From the NCBI GenBank assembly GCA_963729335.1, contig CAVSNN010000002.1:326475-390474 (forward strand): DNA of 64,000 nt, in the 5' to 3' direction. Shown here piece after piece: positions 46,555-56,549 of the stretch. The position numbers were made by a program, and so were the translations under genes. The stretch's first letter is position 1; the number at the start of each line of letters is the position of its first letter. The notes under the pieces are model-generated. The model made no database searches. It was not told the origin of the DNA and saw only the letters and a program-made list of their open reading frames with translations. The stretch comes from an uncultured Alphaproteobacteria bacterium. GTDB lineage: Bacteria > Pseudomonadota > Alphaproteobacteria > Rhizobiales > Xanthobacteraceae.

Positions 46555-46939
46555 CGCGATGGTGCAAACCTACCAAGGCGGCTGTCATTGCGGCCGGGTG
46601 CGGTTTCGCGTGACGGCGGACCTTGCCCGCGTCACCTATTGCAATTGCTCGATCTGCGCCAAGAAGGGTTTTCTGCATCTCATCGTGCCGCCCGAGCAGT
46701 TCGAGCTGTTGAGCGGCAAAGAGGCGCTGACGACCTACCGCTTCAACACAGGTGTCGCGCAACACACGTTCTGCGCCACTTGCGGCATCCATCCGTTCTA
46801 CGTGCCGCGCTCCGATCCCGATAAGATCAACGTCAATGTGCGCTGCCTCGACGGCGTCGACGTTGCGGCGCTCAAGATCGGTCAGTTCGACGGCCGCAAT
46901 TGGGAGCGCGCGATGACCGGCAGGGTGCCGTGGCGATAG
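46547..46939 (+). CDS. GFA family protein (glutathione-dependent formaldehyde-activating / CENP-V-like)
   Basis: GGCHCGRVRF...YCNCSICAKKG...FCATCG zinc-Cys motifs. ATG at 46547 (MTDAMVQTY). Confidence 0.85.
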   Translation: MTDAMVQTYQGGCHCGRVRFRVTADLARVTYCNCSICAKKGFLHLIVPPEQFELLSGKEALTTYRFNTGVAQHTFCATCGIHPFYVPRSDPDKINVNVRCLDGVDVAALKIGQFDGRNWERAMTGRVPWR

Positions 46940-46943
46940 CGCA

Positions 46944-47414
46944 ATGACTAGCGTTCCCCTCGACGGCGAAATCCGAGACGGCCGCCACGTGCTGACCGTG
47001 CGCGTCTATTACGAGGACACCGATTTCACTGGCATCGTCTATCACGCCAATTATCTGCGCTACATGGAGCGCGGGCGGACCAATTATTTGCGGCTGATCG
47101 GCGCCGACCATCGCGCGCTGTTCGAGGAAACCGAAAAGGAGGCGCCGGGCTTTGCCTTCGTGGTGCGCACGATGACCATCGATTTTCTAAAACCCGCGCG
47201 GATGGACGACGTGCTCGACATCGTCACCGCGCCGGCGGAGGTCAAAGGCGCCTCGGCCACGGTGCACCAGCGCGTGTTGCGCGGCGAGGAAGTCCTGGTC
47301 GAGGCGCGCGTGCGGGTTGCCTTCATCTCAGGCGGCCGGGCGCGGCCGATCCCCAAACCGCTGCGCATCGCCATGAAGGCGGATTTGGACGGACTTAGCG
47401 GGCAGCAACATTAG
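46944..47414 (+). CDS. ybgC: tol-pal-associated acyl-CoA thioesterase YbgC
   Basis: RVYYEDTDFTGIVYHANYLRYMERGRTNYLR is the 4HBT/YbgC signature. Confidence 0.85.
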   Translation: MTSVPLDGEIRDGRHVLTVRVYYEDTDFTGIVYHANYLRYMERGRTNYLRLIGADHRALFEETEKEAPGFAFVVRTMTIDFLKPARMDDVLDIVTAPAEVKGASATVHQRVLRGEEVLVEARVRVAFISGGRARPIPKPLRIAMKADLDGLSGQQH

Positions 47415-47828
47415 GGCCGTACTTATAAATTCGGTTCTATCGGCGGCTCGCTGAATGTCCGCTTCGCTTCGAAAACGACCGAACTGCCGCGGTGCCGCGA
47501 AATGACACGATGGGCCACTCGCAAACTCATGCACTGCAAAAAAAGTGAGCAGAAAAGCCGTATTGGCAACGCCCATATCGCTGGCACTCACGCACCGCCG
47601 GAGGAGCCGTCCACAGCATCAGTTGCGGAACTTACGTACCGCCACGCTGACCGGACTGATCTTGGCGAACTTCCTCCTGGGTAATTGCCGGCAAAAAACG
47701 GCCCACCGATCATTCGCTTGATTTCGGAAGTTTACCTCAACTTTTGCGGGCGGCACCGCTCACGGTTGTAGGAGGGCTACCGCGGCACCGGAAAGTGAGC
47801 TATAGTTTAACACTTAGCTTTTCGGGCG

Positions 47829-49903
47829 TTGGGGATGCTCGTCTTTCTGGCTGACACAGTACATCGTTCTACTCGGTTGTACCCGGACACGGTCCCGTAC
47901 AATGTTGCGCGCATTGCAGCATTCGCTCAGTCGCGATACCCGGCACACGATTACAGGCTCTTCAAGGACCCGAACGTCTTGCTCGACGAGTTGCGTTCGA
48001 CCCGTCCGGATGTGCTCGCTCTGTCGAATTATTTCTGGAACACCGAACTCAATCACCGCATCGCGCGTTTCGCCCGCCGTCTTTATCCCGACATTCTTAT
48101 CGTAACTGGCGGGCCAAACATCGACCGTAATCGTGATGCCTACATTCGCTATTCCGCTGAATTTCCGTTCGTCGACTATGTCGTCGTCGAAGAAGGCGAG
48201 ACTGCCTTTTCGAACATCCTTGCGGCGCTGATCGACTTCGGAAGCGACCGCACGAAAATCAAGGCGCAAAATATCGCTGGCACGTTTGCCATTGTCGGCG
48301 CCGGCGAGGTCCATGTCTCCGACTCCTTGCAGCGTGTAAAGAGTCTCGATGAGTTTCCCTCGCCCTATCTCAACGGCATGCTGTCGCCTTTCCTGGCGAT
48401 GGGACTGCGGCCGATCCTCGAACTGTGCGCGGCTGCCCATACCAGTGCGCATTCTGCGAACAAGGGTCCGAATTCTTTACCAAGATCGCGCGGCTTTCGG
48501 AAGACAGGGTCTATCGCGAGATTGACTACATTCGCGACAGGACATCGGCGCCTGAACTAATCCTTGCCGATGTCAATTTTGGCATTCTAAAGCGCGACTA
48601 CGATGTCGCTTGCTATCTGAAGAAGTCACATCAAGAGCACGGCTGGCCGAAGAGCCTGTATGTTTATAACGCCAAGCAGCCAACCGAAGCGACGCTGCAT
48701 ACCATGGAGACGCTCTATCCGATGGCGCAGCTTTGCATGAGCTTTCAGTCGACCGATCAGCGCGTGCTCGAAAACATCCACCGCTCTAACATCGGCTACG
48801 ACAAGTACTCTTTCATCACGCGCTGGGCGAAGAGTTGCAACATTCCGGTCGGGACCGAGCTGATTTATGGCTTGCCCGGTGAGACACGCGAAAGCTTCGT
48901 GCGCGGCTACGATGCACTGCTGGACTTCCAGGCGGATTACATGGCCTCGTACAATCTTCGCCTGTTCTCCGGCATCGAGCTCAACACGCCCGCCAAACGC
49001 CAGCAATACGCGGTCCGAACACGCTTTCGTCCGATGGATGTAAATCTCGGCGAGTACCGGTTTGAAACGTCGGAACGCATCATGGAGATCGAAGAGATCG
49101 TCTATGAGACGTTGACTTTCACAGAAGATGACTTCTTTTTCACCCGCCGTCTGGCCTTCATGATTGAAACTCTTTGGAACACGGGGTATTTGCGGCCAGC
49201 CCTGGCGTTTCTTGCCAATCACGGTTTCAAGGTCACTGACGTCCTGCAAGACGTGCTGAGCGAGAGCCGCAGTTCGGCGGCGGCATCGTTCTTTGAAGAA
49301 TATGACCGTTTGGCACACGATGAGCTTGCCTCTAACCCGGAAGAATTTTGCAGGCGCTTGGGCGACGACAATTATTGGCGCGATCTCGTCAGCGGCCGTG
49401 GGGATAACGTCAAGCTGAATCCGGCTTTTGCAGGGCGGCTCATTTTGTTCGAGAATCCGTTCGATCAGTTCTTCCACGATTTCGTAAAACGCCGTTATAC
49501 GGAGAAGCTGCCGGCGGCGAGCCGCAACGCGTTCCGCGATATCCTTGCTCATTGCCGGGCGAGCAAGGTCGACATCGATCACCCCGAACCGCGTCACGTC
49601 GAAATGCTGTTTGATGCGCCCGAATGGATCCGGGCCACGTATCCGAAGGATCTGTCGGCTTTCGTCCTTTCAGCGCCGGTCGAATACACCTATGCGATCA
49701 ACCAGCACTGCCATGAAATCGCCGTTACAATAAGGAAGCGGCTGGAGCAGCAAGGCGCTCGAATCAACAATATCGCCGAACGCATTTTCGTGGAGCTACC
49801 GCTGGTACACCGGGGAGCACGCGCAGCGGTTCGTGGCGACGCTCAAGTCAGCGTCAGCAAAACCTCGGGCGAACTCGAAAAGAGAGTAGGCTGGGTCAGC
49901 TGA
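47829..49903 (+). pseudogene. B12-binding-domain radical SAM protein (about 690 aa), one frame change as sequenced
   Basis: The N-terminal B12-binding-like domain (DVLALSNYFWNTELNHRIARFARRLYPDILIVTGGPNI) is in ORF 47829..48560. The radical SAM core starts RGCPYQCAFCEQG (CxxxCxxC) in ORF 48425..49903. The frame change falls right before the Cys motif (about 48420-48430). A long C-terminal region has unknown function. GC is about 53 percent on a sampled line. Confidence 0.75.
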
Positions 49904-50160
49904 CAGTCGCTATGACCTAATGGGATGGTCCGCCCGTGCTCCTGCCCGGCCAGCAAGTCAAGCTGAGAAGGGGCGGACAACATCAAGCGCGAATAGACCT
50001 TTCACAATGCGGCAATTGCTGGTAGCGAAATGACGCTCCGGGTCATGAAGGCCAATTCTGGCACACTAGGCCTTCGTCCGCTTTGCCCCTAACAGCGACC
50101 GTCGTGGCGATACTCGGCGTGAGTGTGACAAGCGACATTGCACATTGCTTGAAGATGAAA

Positions 50161-50184
50161 GAGGCCGCCACTGATGGCGGCCTC
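50161..50184 (-). terminator. Rho-independent terminator of the small secreted protein gene
   Basis: On the minus strand, GAGGCCGCC-atcagt-GGCGGCCTC is followed by TTTCATCTT, 36 nt after the stop at 50220. Confidence 0.5.
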
Positions 50185-50219
50185 AGTGCACCCATCGATC
50201 TAGTTCTAACGTTTGCGGG

Positions 50220-50468
50220 CTAGTCGCCGCGGTACGGCTTACAGACCCCGCCTTGAATTGTGTAGTTCGGCGGGCAACCATTCCAGGTGTTCCACCCACC
50301 ACCGTAGGCCGGACCCGGGTAGTAGTCGTAATAGCGCGGATGATGGCGACCGACCCAAACGTGGAAGCCTGGTCCATTGATATAGAAGGCTCCAGCCGGG
50401 ATTGCGCTACCGACTGTCAATGCCGCGACAAAGCCGAGCGCCAGGGCAGTTTTTGCAAAGGTTCGCAT
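50220..50468 (-). CDS. small secreted Gly/Tyr/Pro/Trp-rich protein with a C-terminal Cys pair
   Basis: Perfect SD (GGAGGA) and signal peptide MRTFAKTALALGFVAALTVGSAIPAGA. The mature 55 aa end GCPPNYTIQGGVCKPYRGD, a motif I recall from small Rhizobiales proteins. Confidence 0.65.
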   Translation of the reverse strand: MRTFAKTALALGFVAALTVGSAIPAGAFYINGPGFHVWVGRHHPRYYDYYPGPAYGGGWNTWNGCPPNYTIQGGVCKPYRGD

Positions 50469-50753
50469 GATGCGTTCCTCCTCTTCTGTGGGAGATAACG
50501 CGGAACTGAGGTCTTTGGTTGCCCCCTCGTAACCCAGCTAAAAGGCCAGTTCCCGTGGTAAGCAGACAATGATTGGCGGCTTCTGCACGTCGCCATCGGG
50601 TCATTCACGACTGGCCCGAACCGGCGGCAGGTTCGACCATGTCCGTCGTGTCCCCGAAAGCGGCAGCAAATTCACGGCATTGGTGTGTGCGGGCGTTGGT
50701 GAGTTGGCGCCTTAGTTTTTGTTTCGCGCCGACTGAGTTCGAGCGGATCACAC

Positions 50754-51812
50754 TCAGATCCACTCCTCCTGCTCCTCGTATCGGGTCGGGAACATGTTGA
50801 CGTATTGCACCATGCGCGGCTTCGTCCCGCGATTGGGGCTGGCGCCATGCGGCAGCGCCTGATGCCAGATGACGAGATCGCCGGCGCGCCCGCCGAGCGG
50901 CCGCGGCCCCAAGGCGTAGAGGTCTTGGCGGCGTGGATCGGCGCCGGGCGGGAGATTTGCAAGCCAGGCTTCGCCCCAACGCTGAAAACCGGGCACCAGC
51001 GTGAACGCGCCCTGCTCGGGCGGCGTGTCGGTCAAATAGAGAATGCCGCCGGTGCCGAACGGGATCGGCGTTTTGACGCTGACATCCCAGTGCAGGTGCG
51101 GGCCGGGGAACCTGAAACCCTCGCGCTCCGGCGGATTGAAACCGACGCGGTCGGTGGTCGCCCATAAATCGGCGGTGCCCCAGAGCTGGGTGAAGGCTTT
51201 GTGGATGCGCGCAGAGCGGCGGATGGCGGCGAAGGCCGGGTGCTGGAAATATTGCACCATGATGCCGTGGTCGTTTGATGGATACCAGGTTTCCGGATCG
51301 TCTGGGCGCGCGCCGAGACGATCCCACAGCGCCTGCGCCGCCGCCTCGCGCGTCTTGGCCGGCACGGCATCGTGCAGCACCACATAGCCGTGCTCCGCCC
51401 AGAACGCGAGATCGCCGGCCGCCAGCACCGGTTCGCTCGCCTCGACCGCGGCCAGCGCCTGCGCGGTTTCCGGCGGGGCGTCGGCGCCGACGACCGCGGC
51501 ATTGATGCGCGCGACGCGCTCCGGCGCGACCCCGCCGGTGGTCGCAAGAATCCAGCGCTCGAACTCCTCGAAGCTCGGCGCCGCGCTGCCGAGATACGTC
51601 GTAGTCTGCTCGAGCCCAAGACCGCTGGCGTGAATGACCAATGTGTCGAGGTGCCGGTCGTGCAGGGTCGCCGGCTGGAAACGGCCTTGCCGCTCGGCCA
51701 TCGTCCGCGACCACAGGCGCTTGAGCTGGTAAATGCCGAGCGCGCCGGTTGCGGTTGCCGGCACGAGTTCCGGTGCCAATTCCGGCGTCACGGCACGGTC
51801 ATGGAGGTTCAT
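50754..51812 (-). CDS. phytanoyl-CoA dioxygenase (PhyH)-like Fe(II)/2-oxoglutarate oxygenase with an N-terminal extension
   Basis: The C-terminal 220 aa show a PhyH-like pattern (FWAEHGYVVLHDAV...LHWDVS...GAFTLVPG...GDLVIWHQALPHGASPN). The first 130 aa are unassigned. Confidence 0.7.
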   Translation of the reverse strand: MNLHDRAVTPELAPELVPATATGALGIYQLKRLWSRTMAERQGRFQPATLHDRHLDTLVIHASGLGLEQTTTYLGSAAPSFEEFERWILATTGGVAPERVARINAAVVGADAPPETAQALAAVEASEPVLAAGDLAFWAEHGYVVLHDAVPAKTREAAAQALWDRLGARPDDPETWYPSNDHGIMVQYFQHPAFAAIRRSARIHKAFTQLWGTADLWATTDRVGFNPPEREGFRFPGPHLHWDVSVKTPIPFGTGGILYLTDTPPEQGAFTLVPGFQRWGEAWLANLPPGADPRRQDLYALGPRPLGGRAGDLVIWHQALPHGASPNRGTKPRMVQYVNMFPTRYEEQEEWI

Positions 51813-52236
51813 TAGGGCGCTTCAACTATCGCGTGTTATTGGAGAAATTAAAGGCGATGCGTGTCGACAGTCAACCGCCGCGCCGGCGCCAAACCGAGCC
51901 GGGCCGGCAGGCTGCGATGTTGTGACAGTCCCGCCGCGGCGCGGCATTAACGCCGCATTAAGCACAGTCGGGCTTCGGTAGCGCGAACGACCGGTGTAGC
52001 GCCCTAGTTTGGACAAGTTTCGCGAATGATTTCGATCCGCCGGTGACGGGTCCGGCTCGGGTCCTCGCGAAATTTCGGGTCTTGGTCGGCGCGCGCGAAG
52101 CGGCGGCCCCTCACGACCCTTTGGTCCCGGCGCCAGTGCGCCGCCCCGGTCATGGCGCAGTGCTTGGCCGGGTTCACGGCTCGATTTATGGCCGCGATCT
52201 TTGCCGCTGCGGCCGGACCGCCGAAAGGGACGCCTC

Positions 52237-52950
52237 ATGAATCCAGCCGACATCGGGCAGTCGGTCGCACCGTTGACTTCCGCCAATCTGTCTCTGTTCC
52301 ACATGTTCTGGCACGCGCACTGGATCGTCGAGACGGTGATGGTGGGACTATTGATCTGTTCGGTCTGGGTCTGGGCGATCGCCATCGACAAAACGCTGCT
52401 GTTCAGGCGGCTGCGCGGCGCCGGCGATGGTTTCGAGCAGGCGTTCTGGTCCGGCCAGTCGCTGGAGGAGCTCTATAAATCGCTCGCCGCGGAGCCGGGA
52501 CATTCCACCGGCGTCTTGTTCGTCGCGGCGATGCGGGAATGGAAGCGCAGCCTCGAAGGTCACGCCCGTTCCTTCGCCGGGCTGCAGATGCGCATCGAGA
52601 AGGTCATGAACGTCGCCATCGCGCGCGAAGTCGAAAATATGGAGCGCCGGCTGTTGGTGCTGGCGACGGTCGGCTCGGCGGGACCGTTTATCGGCCTGTT
52701 CGGCACGGTGGCCGGCATCATGACCAGCTTCCAGTCGATCGCGGCCTCGCAAAACACCTCGCTCGCGGTGGTCGCCCCGGGCATCGCGGAATCGCTGTTC
52801 GCGACCGCAATCGGCCTCGTTGCCGCCATCCCGGCGACGATTTTCTATAATAAGTTCATCACCGAGGTGAACCGGCAGGCGCAGCGGCTGGAGGGTTTCG
52901 CCGACGAGTTTTCGGCGATCCTGTCGCGGCAGATCGACGAACGGGGCTGA
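52237..52950 (+). CDS. tolQ: Tol-Pal system protein TolQ
   Basis: MotA/TolQ/ExbB motifs LATVGSAGPFIGLFGTVAGIM and APGIAESLFATAIGLVAAIPA. ATG at 52237. Confidence 0.9.
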   Translation: MNPADIGQSVAPLTSANLSLFHMFWHAHWIVETVMVGLLICSVWVWAIAIDKTLLFRRLRGAGDGFEQAFWSGQSLEELYKSLAAEPGHSTGVLFVAAMREWKRSLEGHARSFAGLQMRIEKVMNVAIAREVENMERRLLVLATVGSAGPFIGLFGTVAGIMTSFQSIAASQNTSLAVVAPGIAESLFATAIGLVAAIPATIFYNKFITEVNRQAQRLEGFADEFSAILSRQIDERG

Positions 52951-52960
52951 GGGCAGGACT

Positions 52961-53421
52961 ATGGCGGCAGGCGCCCTAGGCGTAGTCTCGACCGGCGGCG
53001 GCAAGCGCCGCCGGCGCCGCTCGGTCATGCAGCGAGATCAACGTGACGCCGTTCGTCGACGTCATGCTGGTGCTGTTGATCGTGTTCATGGTGTCGGCGC
53101 CGCTGCTCACGGTCGGCGTGCCGATCGATTTGCCGCAGAGCCAGGCCAAGGCGCTGGAGCAGGACAACCAGCCGCTGACCGTCTCGGTCAACGTCGACGG
53201 CCAGGTTTTCCTGCAGAACGAGCGAGATCAAGCTCGACGATCTCGTCCCGAAGCTCAAGGCGATCCTCGACGCCCGCGGCGGCAATCCCAACGACCTCAT
53301 CTATGTGCGTGGCGACAAGAAGGCCGACTACGGTACCATGATGCGCGTGATGGGCCGGATTTCGGCGGCCGGCTATCACCGCATCGCGCTGGTCACCGAG
53401 GTCGAGCAGGGCGAGCAATGA
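52961..53421 (+). pseudogene. tolR: Tol-Pal system protein TolR, two frame changes as sequenced
   Basis: MAAGALGVVSTGGGKRRRRRSVMQ / EINVTPFVDVMLVLLIVFMVSAPLLTVGVPIDLPQS...GQVFLQNE / EIKLDDLVPKLKAILDARGGNPNDLIYVRGDKKADYGTMMRVMGRISAAGYHRIALVTEVEQGEQ*, spread over three frames. The stop overlaps the tolA ATG. Confidence 0.8.
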
Positions 53422-54317
53422 AGCCGGGCATGACCATATCGTGCATCGCTCACGCCTGCGCGCTCGGCCTGGCGGCTGATGGCGCTCTCGGCGCAGCCGA
53501 TGGAGGCGCCGCCGGTCGAGACGCTGCCGGTGCAGTTCATTTCCGAGAAGGATTTCAGCCAAGCTCACCCAGGGCGTCAAGAACGCCCCGCAGCTGAAAA
53601 TCGACGAACCGAAGCCGCTCGCCGACAAGGTCGACGCGCCGAAGCCGGTCGATCAGCTCGCCGCCAAAGTCGCGGACAAGCCGCCGATCACCACCGAAAC
53701 CAGCAAGGCCAAGCCGCAGCCCAAAGCCGATACCAAGCCCGATCCGAAACAGGCGGACAAGTCCGACAAGCCGAAGCCGCCGGAATACAAGCCGGATCAG
53801 ATCGCCGAGCTATTGAAGAAGGACGCCGCCAAGAATCCGCCGAAGCCGGACGATCGGTCGCCGCCGCAGGCGCAGGATGCGCCGAAATTCGACGCCAATC
53901 AGGTCGCCGAATTGCTCGACAAGCGCGATCCGCAGCGTCAGATGGCGGCCGCCGAAGCGCTCAACGCCACGCCCAATCTCGGCGCCGCCAGCGGCGCGCC
54001 GTCCGCGCAAATGTCGCAGAGCGAGATCGATGCGTTGCGTGCGCGCATCTCCAGCTGCTGGAGCCCGCCGCCGGGCATCGACGCCAATTCCAAGGTCTAT
54101 GTCGTGCTTCGCGTTCTGTTCAAGCCGGACGGTTCGTTGGGGCATGAACCGGTTCTGGTCGAAGCCACGGCATCGACATTGGGTCCGGCGCTGGCCGAGA
54201 GCGCCAAGCGCGCGCTGCTTGCTGTGCCAGCCTTTCACGATGCTCAAGCCCGAGCATTACGACCAGTGGAAAGACCTCGAGCTCAAATTCGATCCCCAAG
54301 AACTGCTCGGCGGCTGA
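53418..54317 (+). pseudogene. tolA: Tol-Pal system protein TolA, three frame changes as sequenced
   Basis: Anchor MKPGMTISCIAHA.., a Lys/Pro/Asp/Ala-rich linker (KPKPPEYKPDQIAELLKKDAAKNPPKPDD), and a C-terminal TolA domain (IDALRARISSCWSPPPG...VLRVLFKPDGSL...CQPFTMLKPEHYDQWKDLELKFDPQELLGG*). Breaks near 53465, 53565 and 54225. Confidence 0.7.
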
Positions 54318-54335
54318 CCGGGCAAGGCAGGCATC

Positions 54336-55688
54336 ATGACGCTTCGGCGATCCACCGCAATCTCATCACTGACGCGCCGCCGCGCGCTCGCGCTCGGCGC
54401 GGTCGCCGGCGGCTTGACGCTGGCGCCGCGCTACGCCGCCGCGGTGGTCCGCCTCGATATCACCGAGGGCAATTTCCAGCCGATGCCGATCGCGATCGCC
54501 AAATTCATCGGCGGCGGCGACAGGCGACGACGATACCGCGACGGGCGTCACCCAGATCATCACCGCGAACCTGCAACGCAGCGGCCTGTTCGCCCCGATC
54601 GATCCCGCCGCCTTTACCGAAACCATCGCCAGCGTCGACGCGGTGCCGCAGTTTCCCGATTGGCGCGCCATCAACGCGCAGGCGCTCGTCACCGGCGCCG
54701 TCACGCGGCAGAGCGACGGCCGGCTCAAGGCCGAATTCCGGCTCTGGGACGTGCTCGCCGGCCAGCAGCTTGCCGGCCAGCAATATTTCACCACGCCCGA
54801 CAACTGGCGCCGCATCGCCCACATCATCTCGGACGCGATCTACGAGCAGCTCACCGGCAACGGCGGCTATTTCGACAGCCGCGTCGTGTTCGTCGACGAA
54901 ACCGGGCCGGGGACGCGGCGCATCAAGCGGCTCGCCATCATGGATCAGGACGGCGCCAATGTGCGCTATCTCACGCGCGGCGACGAACTCGTGCTCACGC
55001 CGCGGTTCTCGCCTTCGACGCAGGAGATCACCTACATGGCCTACGGCCAGGGCGATCCGCGCGTCTATCTCTACAATATCGAGACCGGCCAGCGCGAAAT
55101 CGTCGGCAATTTTCCCGGCATGAGCTTCTCGCCGCGGTTTTCGCCGGACGGCCAGCGCGTCATCATGAGTTTGCAGGAAGGCGCGAACTCCAACATCTTC
55201 GTCATGGATTTGCGCTCGAAGGCGACGACGCGGCTGACCGACACCCAGGCGATCGACACCTCGCCCGTCCTATTCGCCCGACGGTTCGCAGATTTGCTTC
55301 GAATCCGATCGCGGCGGCCAGCCGCAGATCTACGTCATGGCCGCGACCGGCGGGCAGGCGCAGCGCATCAGCTTCGGCGACGGCACCTATTCGACGCCGG
55401 TCTGGTCGCCGCGCGGCGACTACATCGCCTTCACCAAGATCGCGCAAGACAAGTTCGCGATCGGCGTGATGAAGCCGGACGGCAGCGGGCGAGCGCATCC
55501 TCACCGAAGGCTTCCACAACGAAGGCCCGACTTTCGCGCCGAACGGGCAGGTCATCATGTTCTTCCGCGATCCGGGCGGCAATTCCGGGCCGTCGCTGTT
55601 CACGATCGATATCTCCGGGCGCAACGAGCAACGGGTTCCGACGCCGAATTATGCCTCGGATCCGGCCTGGTCGCCGCTATTGTCGTGA
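54336..55688 (+). pseudogene. tolB: Tol-Pal system beta-propeller protein TolB, three frame changes as sequenced
   Basis: N-terminus [46 protein letters not shown], with propeller blades [69 protein letters not shown]. Breaks near 54525, 55275 and 55490. Confidence 0.85.
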
Positions 55689-55884
55689 GCTGCCGGCGGT
55701 TCCACAGGATCGCCGCATTGACGCCCCATTAACCATTGCAAAAGCTTTCCGGGCAATCCGCGGGGTCGAGACATCTTTGCAAGGCCGCATCAAGGTTGAC
55801 GGAACCTTCGCTTAACGAAGGCGCTGCTAGACCCGCTGTCGACCAACCATGTCCGGTCACTGATGTAAGTATGGAGGCACCGGA

Positions 55885-56373
55885 ATGAACATGGCGAATA
55901 TCGATCCGCGGCGCCAAGTTCGCCGCCGTCAATCCTGGCGCACGCTGGCGATTGCGGGCTGCGCCAAGCAGACCGACCAGAATGCGCATGGCGTCGGCGG
56001 CGACGCCCGGCAGCCAGCAGGACTTCGTCGTCAATGTCGGCGACCGCGTGTTCTTCGATACCGATTCCTCGGAGCTTTCCGATCAGGCGCGCGCGACGCT
56101 CGACAAGCAGGCGCAGTGGCTCAACAACTACAACCGCTATGCCTTCACCATCGAAGGCCATGCCGACGAGCGCGGCACGCGCGAATACAACATCGCGCTC
56201 GGCGCCCGCCGTGCCGAGACCGTGCGCGAATACCTGATTTCGCGCGGCGTTTCGGCCGCAGCGCATGCGCACCATCTCCTACGGCAAGGAACGGCCCGGT
56301 CGCGCTGTGCAACGATATCTCCTGCTGGTCGCAGAACCGGCGCGCCGTGACCGTGCTCGATCAGAGTTCGTAG
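55885..56373 (+). pseudogene. pal: peptidoglycan-associated lipoprotein Pal, at least four frame changes as sequenced
   Basis: Lipobox LAIAGC. The OmpA-like domain QQDFVVNVGDRVFFDTDSSELSDQARATLDKQAQWLNNYNRYAFTIEGHADERGTREYNIALGARRAETVREYLISRGV / RMRTISYGKERP / VALCNDISCWSQNRRAVTVLDQSS* is spread over all three frames. Confidence 0.8.
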
Positions 56374-56549
56374 CGCGCACCGGCCATAAAGGATCGCTGG
56401 CATTCGGCGCCGTCACGGCGCCGATTGCTTTTTGGCGCCGATATTTTGCCTTGCCAATGCAGCGCTGAAATCGGATCGTAGTGCCGCCCCCGGCGCGGCA
56501 TCGGTTGCGGCGGCATCCGGCTTTCCGAGAAGTTGAAGAGGTTTCGGCC

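Noticed and set aside
47502-47684. 60-aa ORF upstream of the radical SAM gene as a RiPP precursor peptide.
   Set aside because: It has no SD, overlaps a dispersed intergenic repeat (NVRFASKTTELPRCREMTRWATRKLMHCKK-type translation), and shows no leader/core-like features. This cannot be fully excluded without comparative data.
52237-53421. MotA/ExbB-ExbD-like pair as a Zorya-type (ZorAB) defence motor.
   Set aside because: The pair sits in the canonical tolQ-tolR-tolA-tolB-pal-cpoB context after ybgC, and no ZorC/D-like genes are present.
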